From an uncultured Eubacterium sp. (GTDB lineage Bacteria; Bacillota; Clostridia; Lachnospirales; Lachnospiraceae), in contig CAJUIL010000014.1 of the NCBI GenBank assembly GCA_910586225.1, positions 22,966-86,965 on the forward strand: a stretch of DNA of 64,000 nucleotides, read 5' to 3'. Each line of letters opens with the position of its first letter. Positions within the stretch are counted from its first letter, which is position 1. Shown one piece after another: positions 30,225 through 39,319 of this stretch. Under the pieces are notes generated by a model. That model was not told where the DNA came from. It ran no database searches and saw only the letters and a list, made by a program, of their open reading frames with translations. The position numbers and the translations under genes are program-made.

Positions 30225-31310
30225 CTATATCATCCACATGATGTAGAAAAGAATATACAGCACCGCACCTGTGATCCCTGTAAGTCCAAGCAGCCATTTC
30301 AGGTACGCAGCCTTATCAAGCGGCAGATCTCCCGCCATTTTCCCGCTTTGACCATTCATGGCAAAAAGATAATTTTGTCCGTTCCATGTCGTACTCAGCA
30401 GCCAAACCGGAAATAGTGCATATTTTACTTTGCCATTGTGCAGCCGGATGCTTCCTGACTCTTTCCTGACAGTTGCATAACCGCGCACCGTTGCGTCAAA
30501 AGCCTCCTGCGCGCTTTTTTGGATCCGCTCATTGGCGCGCCCGATGCTTTCTTTACTATCCACATCATATTTGTCCGCCAGATAGCCTGCCAGATACGCA
30601 GTCTGAAAATCCACCGCTTTTGAAAAATCAAAAGGCTCCAGTGATTCCATTAAATCATCGGCCATTTTTGTCGAACCGTCTACCGGAACGTGCTTAAATT
30701 CCATGCTTCCGCCCCTGCTGACATGATAATAATCTGTTTCGGTATAAAAATACCTGCTGTCGCTCCATGTCCGGACTTTGGTTGCCTTGTAGCGCATATC
30801 TACATCGGCTCCGGCATCAAACAGCCAAAACGGAACATATACGCCTTTTACCTCATTCACATGGTTTTCGTCTTTAAATGCTTTTGGAAGCAGCCGTTTG
30901 CCGGCATAAAAATTGGATAGCGCCTGTTTTGCGGCTTTTTTATCCAACTGAAACGGTATCACATGATCCGGCCTTCGCGCGCCTGCAAACTGTCCCATCA
31001 TAACTACCGGATTTCCGCAAAACGGGCAGGATGTAGCCGCCGTATTTTCATCACACGCAATCTCCCCGCCGCAAGATCCGCAGACATAAGAACGCAGACC
31101 ATCTGCCTCGCCGTCCTGCCATTCGCTTGCGGCAGCCTCTTCCCATTTCAGTTCATCTGGCTGATCGTTTTTCAGCTCGCTGTCATAGCCTGCCAGCGTT
31201 GCCACCTCAAATTCCGTATCGCAGTATGGACACTTCATTTTCTGCGACGTACTGTCAAAAGCAATGGCACCGCCGCAGCACGGACATTTATATTCTTGTA
31301 TTGCTGCCAT
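30225..31310 (-). CDS. Double zinc-ribbon protein with C-terminal TM anchor (YdjG-like)
   Basis: Two CPxCG-type ribbons (CPCCGG...CPYC, CGSCGG...CPFCG), about 200 aa of alpha+beta domain, and a C-terminal TM helix. Confidence 0.55.
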   Translation of the reverse strand: MAAIQEYKCPCCGGAIAFDSTSQKMKCPYCDTEFEVATLAGYDSELKNDQPDELKWEEAAASEWQDGEADGLRSYVCGSCGGEIACDENTAATSCPFCGNPVVMMGQFAGARRPDHVIPFQLDKKAAKQALSNFYAGKRLLPKAFKDENHVNEVKGVYVPFWLFDAGADVDMRYKATKVRTWSDSRYFYTETDYYHVSRGGSMEFKHVPVDGSTKMADDLMESLEPFDFSKAVDFQTAYLAGYLADKYDVDSKESIGRANERIQKSAQEAFDATVRGYATVRKESGSIRLHNGKVKYALFPVWLLSTTWNGQNYLFAMNGQSGKMAGDLPLDKAAYLKWLLGLTGITGAVLYILFYIMWMI

Positions 31311-31348
31311 TTTCTTTCCTCGTAACTTCCTGTTTTTTCATGGATGCT

Positions 31349-32653
31349 CTATTTTATATCATTCTCATCAAATTTATCGCCGCATTCCGGGCAGAACTTT
31401 GGCGGATGCGCAGAATCCTGCGGTTCCCATCCACACTTATCACATCGATAGAGCGGCGTACCCGCTGGTTTCTTAGAACCACAGTTCTGACAGAACTTTC
31501 CCTTATTTAACGTACCGCAGGAGCAAGTCCATCCGGCGCCGTTTACTGGTTTTGCAGCGCCGCATTCCGGACAGAAATTGCCGGATGCCGACGCTCCGCA
31601 CGCACATCTCCATGCTTCCGTCTGCGCCTGCTGCTGTCCTGTCTGCTGCCCCATCACAAACAAATTTTGTGCATTCATGCCGCCTCCCGCATTCATCGCC
31701 ATGCCCATGCCTACAAAACCATTCATCGCTCCGGCAGGATTAGCCGCTGCTGCTTTCATAGCATCTGCCTGCGCACCTGCCAAAGTAGCCGCTGCCATAT
31801 TCGGATTTTGCATCACAGCTGTACGCTGAAGCTGTTTGATCATCTCTGCGTCTTCTTCCGGCAGGGTTACCGAACCAAGCGCAATGCTGACCACCTTTAA
31901 TCCCCGCAGCTCCTCCCATTTCGCCGAAAGCGCGGCGTTCATCGCCTGTTCCAGTTCTGTCGTATGCAAAACGATCTGATTTGGGCGCATCTCCATCGCA
32001 GATAGTCTGCCAAACGCAGGCTGTAAAGCACTGATAAATTCCGTTTTTAACTGGCTTTCTAATTCATCACGCGTATAATCCTCCTGCACATTGCCGCAGA
32101 CATTCGCGTAAAACAGCAATGGATTCGTTATTTTATACGAATATACCCCAGAACATCGAATGGAAACATCCACATCCAATCCGATTTTTGAATCTACCAC
32201 ACGAAAAGGGATCGGATTCGGCGTACCAAATTTATTGTCTGTCAGCTCCTTTGTATTAAAATAATACACACGCTGATCCTTGCCGGTATCTCCGCCATAT
32301 GTAAAACGCTTGCCAATCGTCCGAAACGTCTCTAAAATCCCTTTGGAAAGTCCGCCTGTAAAAATACTCGGCTCCGTAGACATATCATACCGAAACTCTC
32401 CTGGTTCCGCACATACCTCAACCACTTTTCCCTGTTCTACAATGATCATGCACTGACCATCAGCTACCGCAATCCCGCTTCCGTTTGAAATAATGTTGTC
32501 ATTCCCTTTTTTATTTGAAGAACGAGAGACTGTGCGTTTGCGTCCTTTTGTAACCATAACATCTTTTTCCATCGCGTCGCAGTAAAAAAACTCCTTCCAC
32601 TGATCCGCAAGCGTTCCGCCCAATGCGCCCACTCCTGCTTTGATAAGTCCCAT
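31349..32653 (-). CDS. SPFH/band-7 (YdjI-like, PF13421) protein with C-terminal multi-zinc-ribbon tail
   Basis: N-terminal Band_7_1-like domain, a Gln/Ala/Met-rich linker, then six CxxC pairs (CACG..CPEC..CSCG..CQNCG..CDKCG..CPECG). Sigma-A promoter TTGAAA-17-TATAAT upstream. Confidence 0.65.
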   Translation of the reverse strand: MGLIKAGVGALGGTLADQWKEFFYCDAMEKDVMVTKGRKRTVSRSSNKKGNDNIISNGSGIAVADGQCMIIVEQGKVVEVCAEPGEFRYDMSTEPSIFTGGLSKGILETFRTIGKRFTYGGDTGKDQRVYYFNTKELTDNKFGTPNPIPFRVVDSKIGLDVDVSIRCSGVYSYKITNPLLFYANVCGNVQEDYTRDELESQLKTEFISALQPAFGRLSAMEMRPNQIVLHTTELEQAMNAALSAKWEELRGLKVVSIALGSVTLPEEDAEMIKQLQRTAVMQNPNMAAATLAGAQADAMKAAAANPAGAMNGFVGMGMAMNAGGGMNAQNLFVMGQQTGQQQAQTEAWRCACGASASGNFCPECGAAKPVNGAGWTCSCGTLNKGKFCQNCGSKKPAGTPLYRCDKCGWEPQDSAHPPKFCPECGDKFDENDIK

Positions 32654-32819
32654 AAAAATCTCCCTTCTGTATTTTATCTTTATTTTGCTTGTTGCTGGTA
32701 ATCGTTACATAGGTTACATTATAATATGAAATGCCTATTTTTTCAATTAGGATTGCAGACACGAAAAAAAGACTATCTTATCACTTTGCATAACGGCTCA
32801 AAACCGCCCATATTTTTTC

Positions 32820-32861
32820 TTGAAAACAGGTGGCAGTCTAATATAATATAGAAAAAACGAG
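32820..32861 (+). promoter_or_regulatory. Strong sigma-A promoter (TTGAAA-16-TATAAT), near-identical duplicate of the promoter at 34713-34754
   Basis: cttgaaaacaggtggcagtctaatataatatagaaaaaa versus cttgaaaataggtgacaatctgatataatatagaaaaaa (about 90% identity over 42 nt). Confidence 0.6.
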
Positions 32862-33421
32862 GATGGATGTGGGGGAGCTTGAAAAACTTCGTGGACATGA
32901 CTGCGAAACAAAGTCATTCAAACGGCTGGCATTTCCTGATCCGGTACAAAGACGGGAGCATCCCGTCAGTTGCAGAAGCATACCGCAGCATACGTGGTTA
33001 TGGCGGATCAAACAGCCTGGATGGTACAATAGCCAGGGAATACCCAAGAAAAGGGAAAGTAAACAAAAACTGCATATGGAATGGGTTACAGCCTGACGCC
33101 GGAAATAGAAGAAACGCAGGAAAAAACAGAAAAACCAAAATGCTCGCTTTCCAGTGGCCACAGTAAACGCAAGATTTCTCACTTCGGATATCTATCTTTG
33201 ACAAAGGAAATTTTACAATGACAAGAGCCGAAAAAAGATATGAGAAGAAAAAGTTTGGAAAAGATTTTGCCTCTTTCTGCCAGATTCCGCATCGGGTTAA
33301 AAAACAGCTCAAATAAAAGAACTGTTTTTTAACCCGAATAAAAAATAACGAAAGCAGCTTTCAATGCTGCGATTGCCGTAAAACCGTTTCCTTTCTCCGA
33401 AACATATGCTACAATGCTGTT

Positions 33422-34582
33422 ATGAAAGTACATGAACTGAGTTTTTATTCAAAATTTCAATGCGCAATGGGAAGCTGCCCCAACACTTGCTGCCATGGCT
33501 GGCAGATTGTATTAGATCATGACACGGTGCAAAAATATATGGAAAAAAAGGGCCGTCAGGGTCTTTGGCTGCGTAGCAGCCTCACAAGCCATAACGGGGC
33601 GATCCTGTTTAAAGGTTCAAGAAGAAAGTGTCCGTTTCTGTCAAAAGACCTGCTTTGCAAGATCCAGCTTTCCCTTGGCGAAGAATATCTCTCTGACGTA
33701 TGCCGCATTTTCCCTCGTCAGAGAATAAACTATGGATATTTTGCCGAAGAGTCGCTTTTTCTTGCATGTCCACAGGTTTGCAGGTTATTTTTAAACAACT
33801 TGGATCATTTATGCTATAAAACGACAGACCGGAACGTATCCTACGCAAAATCCGGAACGAATGACGACGCCGAATATTTGCAGGAATTAGTGGAAATCCG
33901 TCTTGCGTTAACGGAGCAGATTATGAATCATCCCCTGCCGCGTCCCATGCTTTACACAGGACTGCTATCTTACGCAAAAGCTCTGCAGCAGTCTTATATT
34001 GCAAACTATGCTCTATCAGACGGTTCAAAAAGTTCTTACTTTAGCAAACCGGTGCACACGGATCTTGCCGCCCATATCCGGGAAGCGGACACTCCTTTTA
34101 TCATACCGCATGATATTACTTACGCGATGCTGACCGGCAGTTTTTATCACATCTTTTTAAAGATGGTCTCACCGTTTTTATATAGCCTATGCCGGACATA
34201 CCTGAAAGAATTTAAATGGCTGACATCCGCCAAAGGAGATACAAAGCTCAGTGTGCTTTTGGAGCAGCTGCATGTCCATCATCCGAATACGGAACGCATT
34301 TTGCGCGGATATCTGACTTACTATCTGCTGGAAAAATTTCTGACCGTTTATGAAGACTACAGCTTTCTTCACAACATTGCCACAGGAATTATGCACACCC
34401 ATCTGCTGGAACTGTTTTTTGCTCTTTACCATGAGAAAAATCACCGCCTGACAGACGACGATATCATCCGGATTATTACCGTTTATAACCGCAGAGGGAG
34501 ACATAATGATGAAATTGAAACGGAAATGTATGAAAAGCTAAAGCGTTTTTTAGACGCGCCGGCAGGAAAACAGCGCCCATAA
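33422..34582 (+). CDS. YkgJ/FliB-family protein (CxxxxCxxxCC putative Fe-S/zinc cluster; flagellin lysine-N-methylase-like)
   Basis: N-terminal CAMGSCPNTCC motif with FliB-like length (386 aa). The ATG follows directly after a TACAAT -10 with no RBS, so the mRNA may be leaderless. Confidence 0.5.
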   Translation: MKVHELSFYSKFQCAMGSCPNTCCHGWQIVLDHDTVQKYMEKKGRQGLWLRSSLTSHNGAILFKGSRRKCPFLSKDLLCKIQLSLGEEYLSDVCRIFPRQRINYGYFAEESLFLACPQVCRLFLNNLDHLCYKTTDRNVSYAKSGTNDDAEYLQELVEIRLALTEQIMNHPLPRPMLYTGLLSYAKALQQSYIANYALSDGSKSSYFSKPVHTDLAAHIREADTPFIIPHDITYAMLTGSFYHIFLKMVSPFLYSLCRTYLKEFKWLTSAKGDTKLSVLLEQLHVHHPNTERILRGYLTYYLLEKFLTVYEDYSFLHNIATGIMHTHLLELFFALYHEKNHRLTDDDIIRIITVYNRRGRHNDEIETEMYEKLKRFLDAPAGKQRP

Positions 34583-34769
34583 GGCAGAATGCAGGCAGGC
34601 CCGGCCCTGAGCGCCGTCCTGCTTAGAGTGTGTCTTAAAATTGATGGTATTTATGGTAAGCGTGCTGATTTAATTTTATGCAGATGGTATCCTATGATTA
34701 TATATTTGAGTCTTGAAAATAGGTGACAATCTGATATAATATAGAAAAAATGCAAGGAAGGGTGATCGT

Positions 34770-34961
34770 ATGCCAAGTAACGGTGAAATTGTAAGAGATA
34801 CCGTTGATCAGTTTCAGAAAGTGCAAGCACATATGAAAAATGCAAAAGAAGAGAATGCAGTTAAAACATATGAAGGTTTGAAAAATGATTATTTATCATT
34901 AAAAGCAGTATTAACTTCTTTGGGTGTTAATCTTACTGATATTGATAAGATTAAGGAATAG
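34770..34961 (+). CDS. Small conserved hypothetical protein (63 aa), paralog of 1582..1770
   Basis: Promoter at 34713-34740, RBS AAGGAAGGGTGAT. C-terminal VLTSLGVNLTDIDKIKE. Same stop context as the paralog. Confidence 0.6.
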   Translation: MPSNGEIVRDTVDQFQKVQAHMKNAKEENAVKTYEGLKNDYLSLKAVLTSLGVNLTDIDKIKE

Positions 34962-35253
34962 GAGGCGAGAGAGATTTCACCGGTATCAGAAGCAAAGAAG
35001 CAGTATTTGAAAAGATGGAGCGTGAACCATGATACGCTCTATTTTTTTTGAGCCAGAAACAAGACACCCGGCATCCCGAAATTTTCTGTATGATTCCTGT
35101 AAATTCCAAATATTGCAAATAACAGGAAATCCACCAACGGGATTCCCTTGTTATCGCCCTGCGTCACAAAATCCACTGACGATGCGCCGTCCGGTTTCGT
35201 ATCGTAATTACCAGCCAGCGCGGTCATCATTTTTTCTGAATGCGCAATCTGTT

Positions 35254-37545
35254 TTAGTTTTCATCCTGCCCCAGCGCTGCACGATAATTTTTTCCATGCT
35301 CATAGAATTCATTTTGCATACTGACGCTCGTCGGCAAGCCGGACATCCACTTCGCTTCTTCCGTAAGCACAGCCGCGTCTGTACCTTGCACCGGATTTAA
35401 CGCGATCCCATCATACAAGTATATTCCATTTACGAAAAATGGTTCGTCCTCGACATAAAAAATATTTACATAACCGTACATAGCGACCACCGACTGATCC
35501 AGCATACAATAAGAAATCTCAGAGTTGTAGTCTCCGGTCTGCCATTCGTATAACCGGAAAAACCCCATCCTCCTGCCGTCCATCGCAGGCGCATCCCCCA
35601 GTTTTTCTATCGCCTGCCGTCCCGCTTTCATGATAGGGAGCAGATATTTTGCCATACGCTCCCAAGAAACGCGCTCTTTGTATATCCCGCTGCCGGAAGG
35701 ATCAATAATTTTCATAATCTCCTCATACTGCTGCCCATACACTTCCGCCTGAGAGCGATCCGTTAGGATCGTACGATAAAGCTGGTATGCAAAACGCATC
35801 TGAGATGCAAGCAAATACATCTGCTCACAGACCGCATCGCGGTATTCTTCCAGGCTGATCGCCTGGTCACCGTACAGGCTCTGCAAAATACACAGATTCT
35901 GATACTTCGTACTCATATCGCAGCTTTCATCCACAAGACTGTCCAGGAAATATAAACGCCCCTCCAGCTCCTCTACAGCTGCTCTGGCATCTGTCACGCA
36001 TTGCAGACAAGCATCGCTGATCGATTCATTCATATCGGCCATATTTTTGTAATAAACATCGCTGGCGTCGATCATGCCAGAGGCCGCAAGACTAAAAAAC
36101 AGTCCGCCCGGAATATATTTTGCAATTTTTCCAACTGCATAATTCAGCTGATTATTTTCTTGCACCCACTCGCTGCCCGCCATATCGTACTGGGCTTCAA
36201 AATTTTTGATAGAATAGTTCCTGACAGCCTGACAGTCTGAGTCAATCTGCCAAATCTGCTTCCGATATCCGCTAAGCGGCTCTAACAGCTTTTCCCCTAC
36301 ATCCCGAATACCCTGAAAAACCTCAAACGCAGTATCATATTCTGCAATCTTCGCCTTTAACTGTTCTGCCTGCTGCGCCAGTGTGCCGGCAGGTTCCGCT
36401 TCATCCTCCGTAACTTCCGGCAGCTCCATGCCAATAGCTTCTACTACATCTTCCGGCACATCGAATGAACTTTCCATACACTGCTTTTGATCCAGCATCG
36501 CAATCATGACCTCGTTGCGCACATACTGCCGATACACTGTTTCCATTTTCTCATAGCACTGTTTCCAGTCGAAATCAGCTCCTTCGCCAGAAACGCCCAG
36601 CTCCTCCAAGATATTGCCAAACTGGGAGTATTGATACATCATCTCTCCCATATCCTCGGACGACACCTGGCTTTTCTCCAGAAAAGCCGCTATTTCCTGC
36701 GTAGAATCCTGCGCGCTTTCCGACAGCTGCGATAAAAGAGCCGTGGGGGTCTTATCATAATCCAAAACCCCGCTGATCTCCCCGATCAACCCGCCCGCCA
36801 TCTCATCTGCCAGATCTTCATAAGATGCGCCTTCCAGCAACCCTTTTGCCGCGCTTGCCAGCCCTCCGGTCGTTTGATCCAAAATAGAAAGCGCATACTT
36901 TTGCGGTATCTCCTGAATTGCTGCCGTAACGCCATTTGTTACAGAATCCGCCGCACTGCTTAAAGCGTCTGTCAGGCTGCCGCTGGATCTGAATGCCTCC
37001 AACGATCCGGAAACCCCGTTTCTCAAGATCTCACGCACATCGTCATTCGCAATCTCCGACAGGATACTGTCTGTAACCGTATCTGTAATCAAATCCTTAT
37101 ATTCGCCGATCGCCGCATCCACGGCGCCGCCGGACGAAAAGCCGTCTGGAACCTCCACGCCGATGCTCCCCATTACAAGCGTTTTCATCTCCACTGCTAA
37201 AAGCGTATTCTCCTGATAGCATCGGAGCATTTCACTCTGGATCAATTCTTCCAAAGACAGATCTGTGATCTCTTTTAACGTATCCTGACATCGCTGCGCT
37301 GCTTCCCTCTGCTGCCTATAACCGGACATCTGTATTTCCAGCTTTGCTTTCAGCTTTGCAAGATCCGTTTTTGATATCTCATCTACCCGGCGCAATCCCT
37401 CCGCCTCATCCGGCTGCGCCTCCCTGACGCCCGCTTCCTGCTGCTTGTCTTCCACAGCTGTCTTATGACAGCCTGCTATGGGAAATGTGAGGATAAAAAC
37501 CGTAACAAGCAGAATAACAGGCAGAAAACATTTGTTATTTCTGTT
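35254..37545 (-). CDS. Large lipoprotein of unknown function (about 760 aa)
   Basis: The start MNRNNKCFLPVILLVTVFILTFPIAGC has a lipobox, after a G-rich RBS. Largely alpha-helical, acidic, no recognised domain. Co-oriented and contiguous with the upstream YD-repeat lipoprotein. Confidence 0.6.
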   Translation of the reverse strand, partial: NRNNKCFLPVILLVTVFILTFPIAGCHKTAVEDKQQEAGVREAQPDEAEGLRRVDEISKTDLAKLKAKLEIQMSGYRQQREAAQRCQDTLKEITDLSLEELIQSEMLRCYQENTLLAVEMKTLVMGSIGVEVPDGFSSGGAVDAAIGEYKDLITDTVTDSILSEIANDDVREILRNGVSGSLEAFRSSGSLTDALSSAADSVTNGVTAAIQEIPQKYALSILDQTTGGLASAAKGLLEGASYEDLADEMAGGLIGEISGVLDYDKTPTALLSQLSESAQDSTQEIAAFLEKSQVSSEDMGEMMYQYSQFGNILEELGVSGEGADFDWKQCYEKMETVYRQYVRNEVMIAMLDQKQCMESSFDVPEDVVEAIGMELPEVTEDEAEPAGTLAQQAEQLKAKIAEYDTAFEVFQGIRDVGEKLLEPLSGYRKQIWQIDSDCQAVRNYSIKNFEAQYDMAGSEWVQENNQLNYAVGKIAKYIPGGLFFSLAASGMIDASDVYYKNMADMNESISDACLQCVTDARAAVEELEGRLYFLDSLVDESCDMSTKYQNLCILQSLYGDQAISLEEYRDAVCEQMYLLASQMRFAYQLYRTILTDRSQAEVYGQQYEEIMKIIDPSGSGIYKERVSWERMAKYLLPIMKAGRQAIEKLGDAPAMDGRRMGFFRLYEWQTGDYNSEISYCMLDQSVVAMYGYVNIFYVEDEPFFVNGIYLYDGIALNPVQGTDAAVLTEEAKWMSGLPTSVSMQNEFYEHGKNYRAALGQDEN

Positions 37546-37567
37546 CATAAATCCTACCCCCCCTGCA

Positions 37568-38914
37568 TCATGCGCCTTCATAGACAAATTTATACTGACA
37601 CCCATCTCTGTAGCCGTAGCCGTACGGCAACTGCACCCCTATTTCATCTTTAATATATTGGCTTACGAAATCCAAATCATTTACCTGAAGGATTGAATCA
37701 ACATCCAAATGTTTGTAAAGCTCATTACGAGTCGCCTGCACCAGCTGCTCTCCTTCATAGACCAACTCCCATTCAGTTACATCATTGACTGCGGTGGATA
37801 CAAGCTTCCCGTTCTCCCCGTATGTATAACTGCGTACCCATTCATCAGTTTCGTTAAGATTCTCAAAAACAGTTTCTTCCGCCACCTGTCCGTTTGCATC
37901 ATAAGAAATAATCACCGAAGCCCTTATATCCCCGTCACTTATTTCCTTAATGGACCACGGTCGTCCCTCCTCGTCGTATTCGTATTCATATTCGGTTTCG
38001 TAATAATTATTACTACTGCTCCTACTCTTAAACACTTGATTTCCATATTCATCATACTGATAATTATAAATTAACGCCTCATCTGCAATAGATAAAATCT
38101 GTCCATCTTCGCTGAATGAAACGGTTTCCCGACAAAACCTATCATTGCCTGACGAAGGAATGATTTCTGCTGTATCATCCCCATAGACAACGTCATAAAT
38201 ATCGTGATAGCCCTCATCATAGCTACCCTCTGCAGCGCTCACCAGCCGATTCTCATGATCATATGAATACGATTGACCCCATGATCCATCCACATTCCAG
38301 CTCTTTAAAAGACTCTCGTTTGTATGAACCGTAATACCCTTAAAGTGATCTAAATGACTAATCCCGCTGTCAAAGCCTGGCTCATTCTTTAAATAAGCAA
38401 GCAAGTTAAAGCCTTTCACCTTATTTCCCGCTTCATCAGTCAGATATTCATATTGTAACTCACTTATTACCTGACCAGACTTATCCACTAACACCCTTTT
38501 TATCAAATCCAGATCCTTATCATAATAATACGTTCTAGGTTCGCCTGTTTCTTCGTCATTCACGATCCCCATCCATTCTATCTGCTGTAAAAGACCGTGC
38601 ACCTTTTCTTCCCCTTCCTGTGCTGTATCCGAACCATCAGATATTCCTTGCCCGTCTGATCCCGTTGTCTGGTCCTGTATATTTGTTTCATCTGGTACAC
38701 TTGGCTCATCCTGCACTGTCGTATTATCCGATACTGCCGTATCATCCTGCACCGCCGTATCATCCGGTACCGTTGTCGTATTATCCTCCTCAAATTCGTT
38801 CTGTGAAACAACCGTATCCTGCGAAACCTGTTTTGGCTTCCCACAGCCTGACAAGAGAAACATTCCGCTAAGTGCCGCTACAGATAAAAAATAAATAAAA
38901 TTTTTCCTTTTCAT
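37568..38914 (-). CDS. Lipoprotein with YD-repeat (Rhs-like) motifs
   Basis: Lipobox LLSGC, a low-complexity D/T/Q-rich linker, then multiple YxYDxxG(N/R)xV motifs (YSYDHENRLV, YQYDEYGNQV, YEYDEEGRPW, ISYDANGQVA, YTYGENGKLV). Confidence 0.6.
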   Translation of the reverse strand: MKRKNFIYFLSVAALSGMFLLSGCGKPKQVSQDTVVSQNEFEEDNTTTVPDDTAVQDDTAVSDNTTVQDEPSVPDETNIQDQTTGSDGQGISDGSDTAQEGEEKVHGLLQQIEWMGIVNDEETGEPRTYYYDKDLDLIKRVLVDKSGQVISELQYEYLTDEAGNKVKGFNLLAYLKNEPGFDSGISHLDHFKGITVHTNESLLKSWNVDGSWGQSYSYDHENRLVSAAEGSYDEGYHDIYDVVYGDDTAEIIPSSGNDRFCRETVSFSEDGQILSIADEALIYNYQYDEYGNQVFKSRSSSNNYYETEYEYEYDEEGRPWSIKEISDGDIRASVIISYDANGQVAEETVFENLNETDEWVRSYTYGENGKLVSTAVNDVTEWELVYEGEQLVQATRNELYKHLDVDSILQVNDLDFVSQYIKDEIGVQLPYGYGYRDGCQYKFVYEGA

Positions 38915-39094
38915 AATTAAGATCCCCTATTCTACTCCTATGTAAAACTGCTGAGCTACAACTTTCTAAATACTATTTTTGAACGAAAACTTTCTAAATC
39001 CAAAAAACAAGCACACCTCCTTTTCAGCATTTCACGATACATACAATATCCGAAAAAATTTTATGAAGTACGACTAACTGTGATATCGTTAACT

Positions 39095-39135
39095 TCATTC
39101 TACCCCCCCCCACAAACTATTTGTCAATAGAAATT
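39095..39135 (-). promoter_or_regulatory. Candidate promoter with G9 homopolymer in the spacer (TTGACA-N19-TAGAAT) upstream of the lipoprotein operon
   Basis: Minus strand ctaTTGACAaatagtttgtGGGGGGGGGTAGAATgaag. The C9 run sits at 39103-39111 on the plus strand. Confidence 0.45.
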
Positions 39136-39319
39136 TGCAAAACTCCCAAAACAAAAATGTGCCGCTCTCATTGACAAAGTACACTTGATGTACTAACATA
39201 AATAGTACATTTTGCAGGCTCAATCTCAACACAAAGCGAAAATTTCCAATACGTTCTAGTGAAATGGGAATGCTGATATATCTTTTAAAACAAGTGGAGA
39301 AAAAACGCCTAATGCTGTA

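Noticed and set aside
32867-33166. 99-aa ORF (MWGSLKNFVDMTAK...) as a genuine protein
   Set aside because: Its ATG is crowded directly against the only purine-rich stretch, so there is no usable RBS spacing. Its composition is odd, and the overlapping alternate frame is equally open. It is treated instead as part of an unexplained transcript.
32880-33330. tmRNA, RNase P or 6S RNA in the promoter-driven non-coding stretch
   Set aside because: None of the hallmark motifs are present (no GGUUCGAUUCC T-loop-like end, no AGGAAAGUCCGGGCUCC P4, no tRNA-like acceptor).
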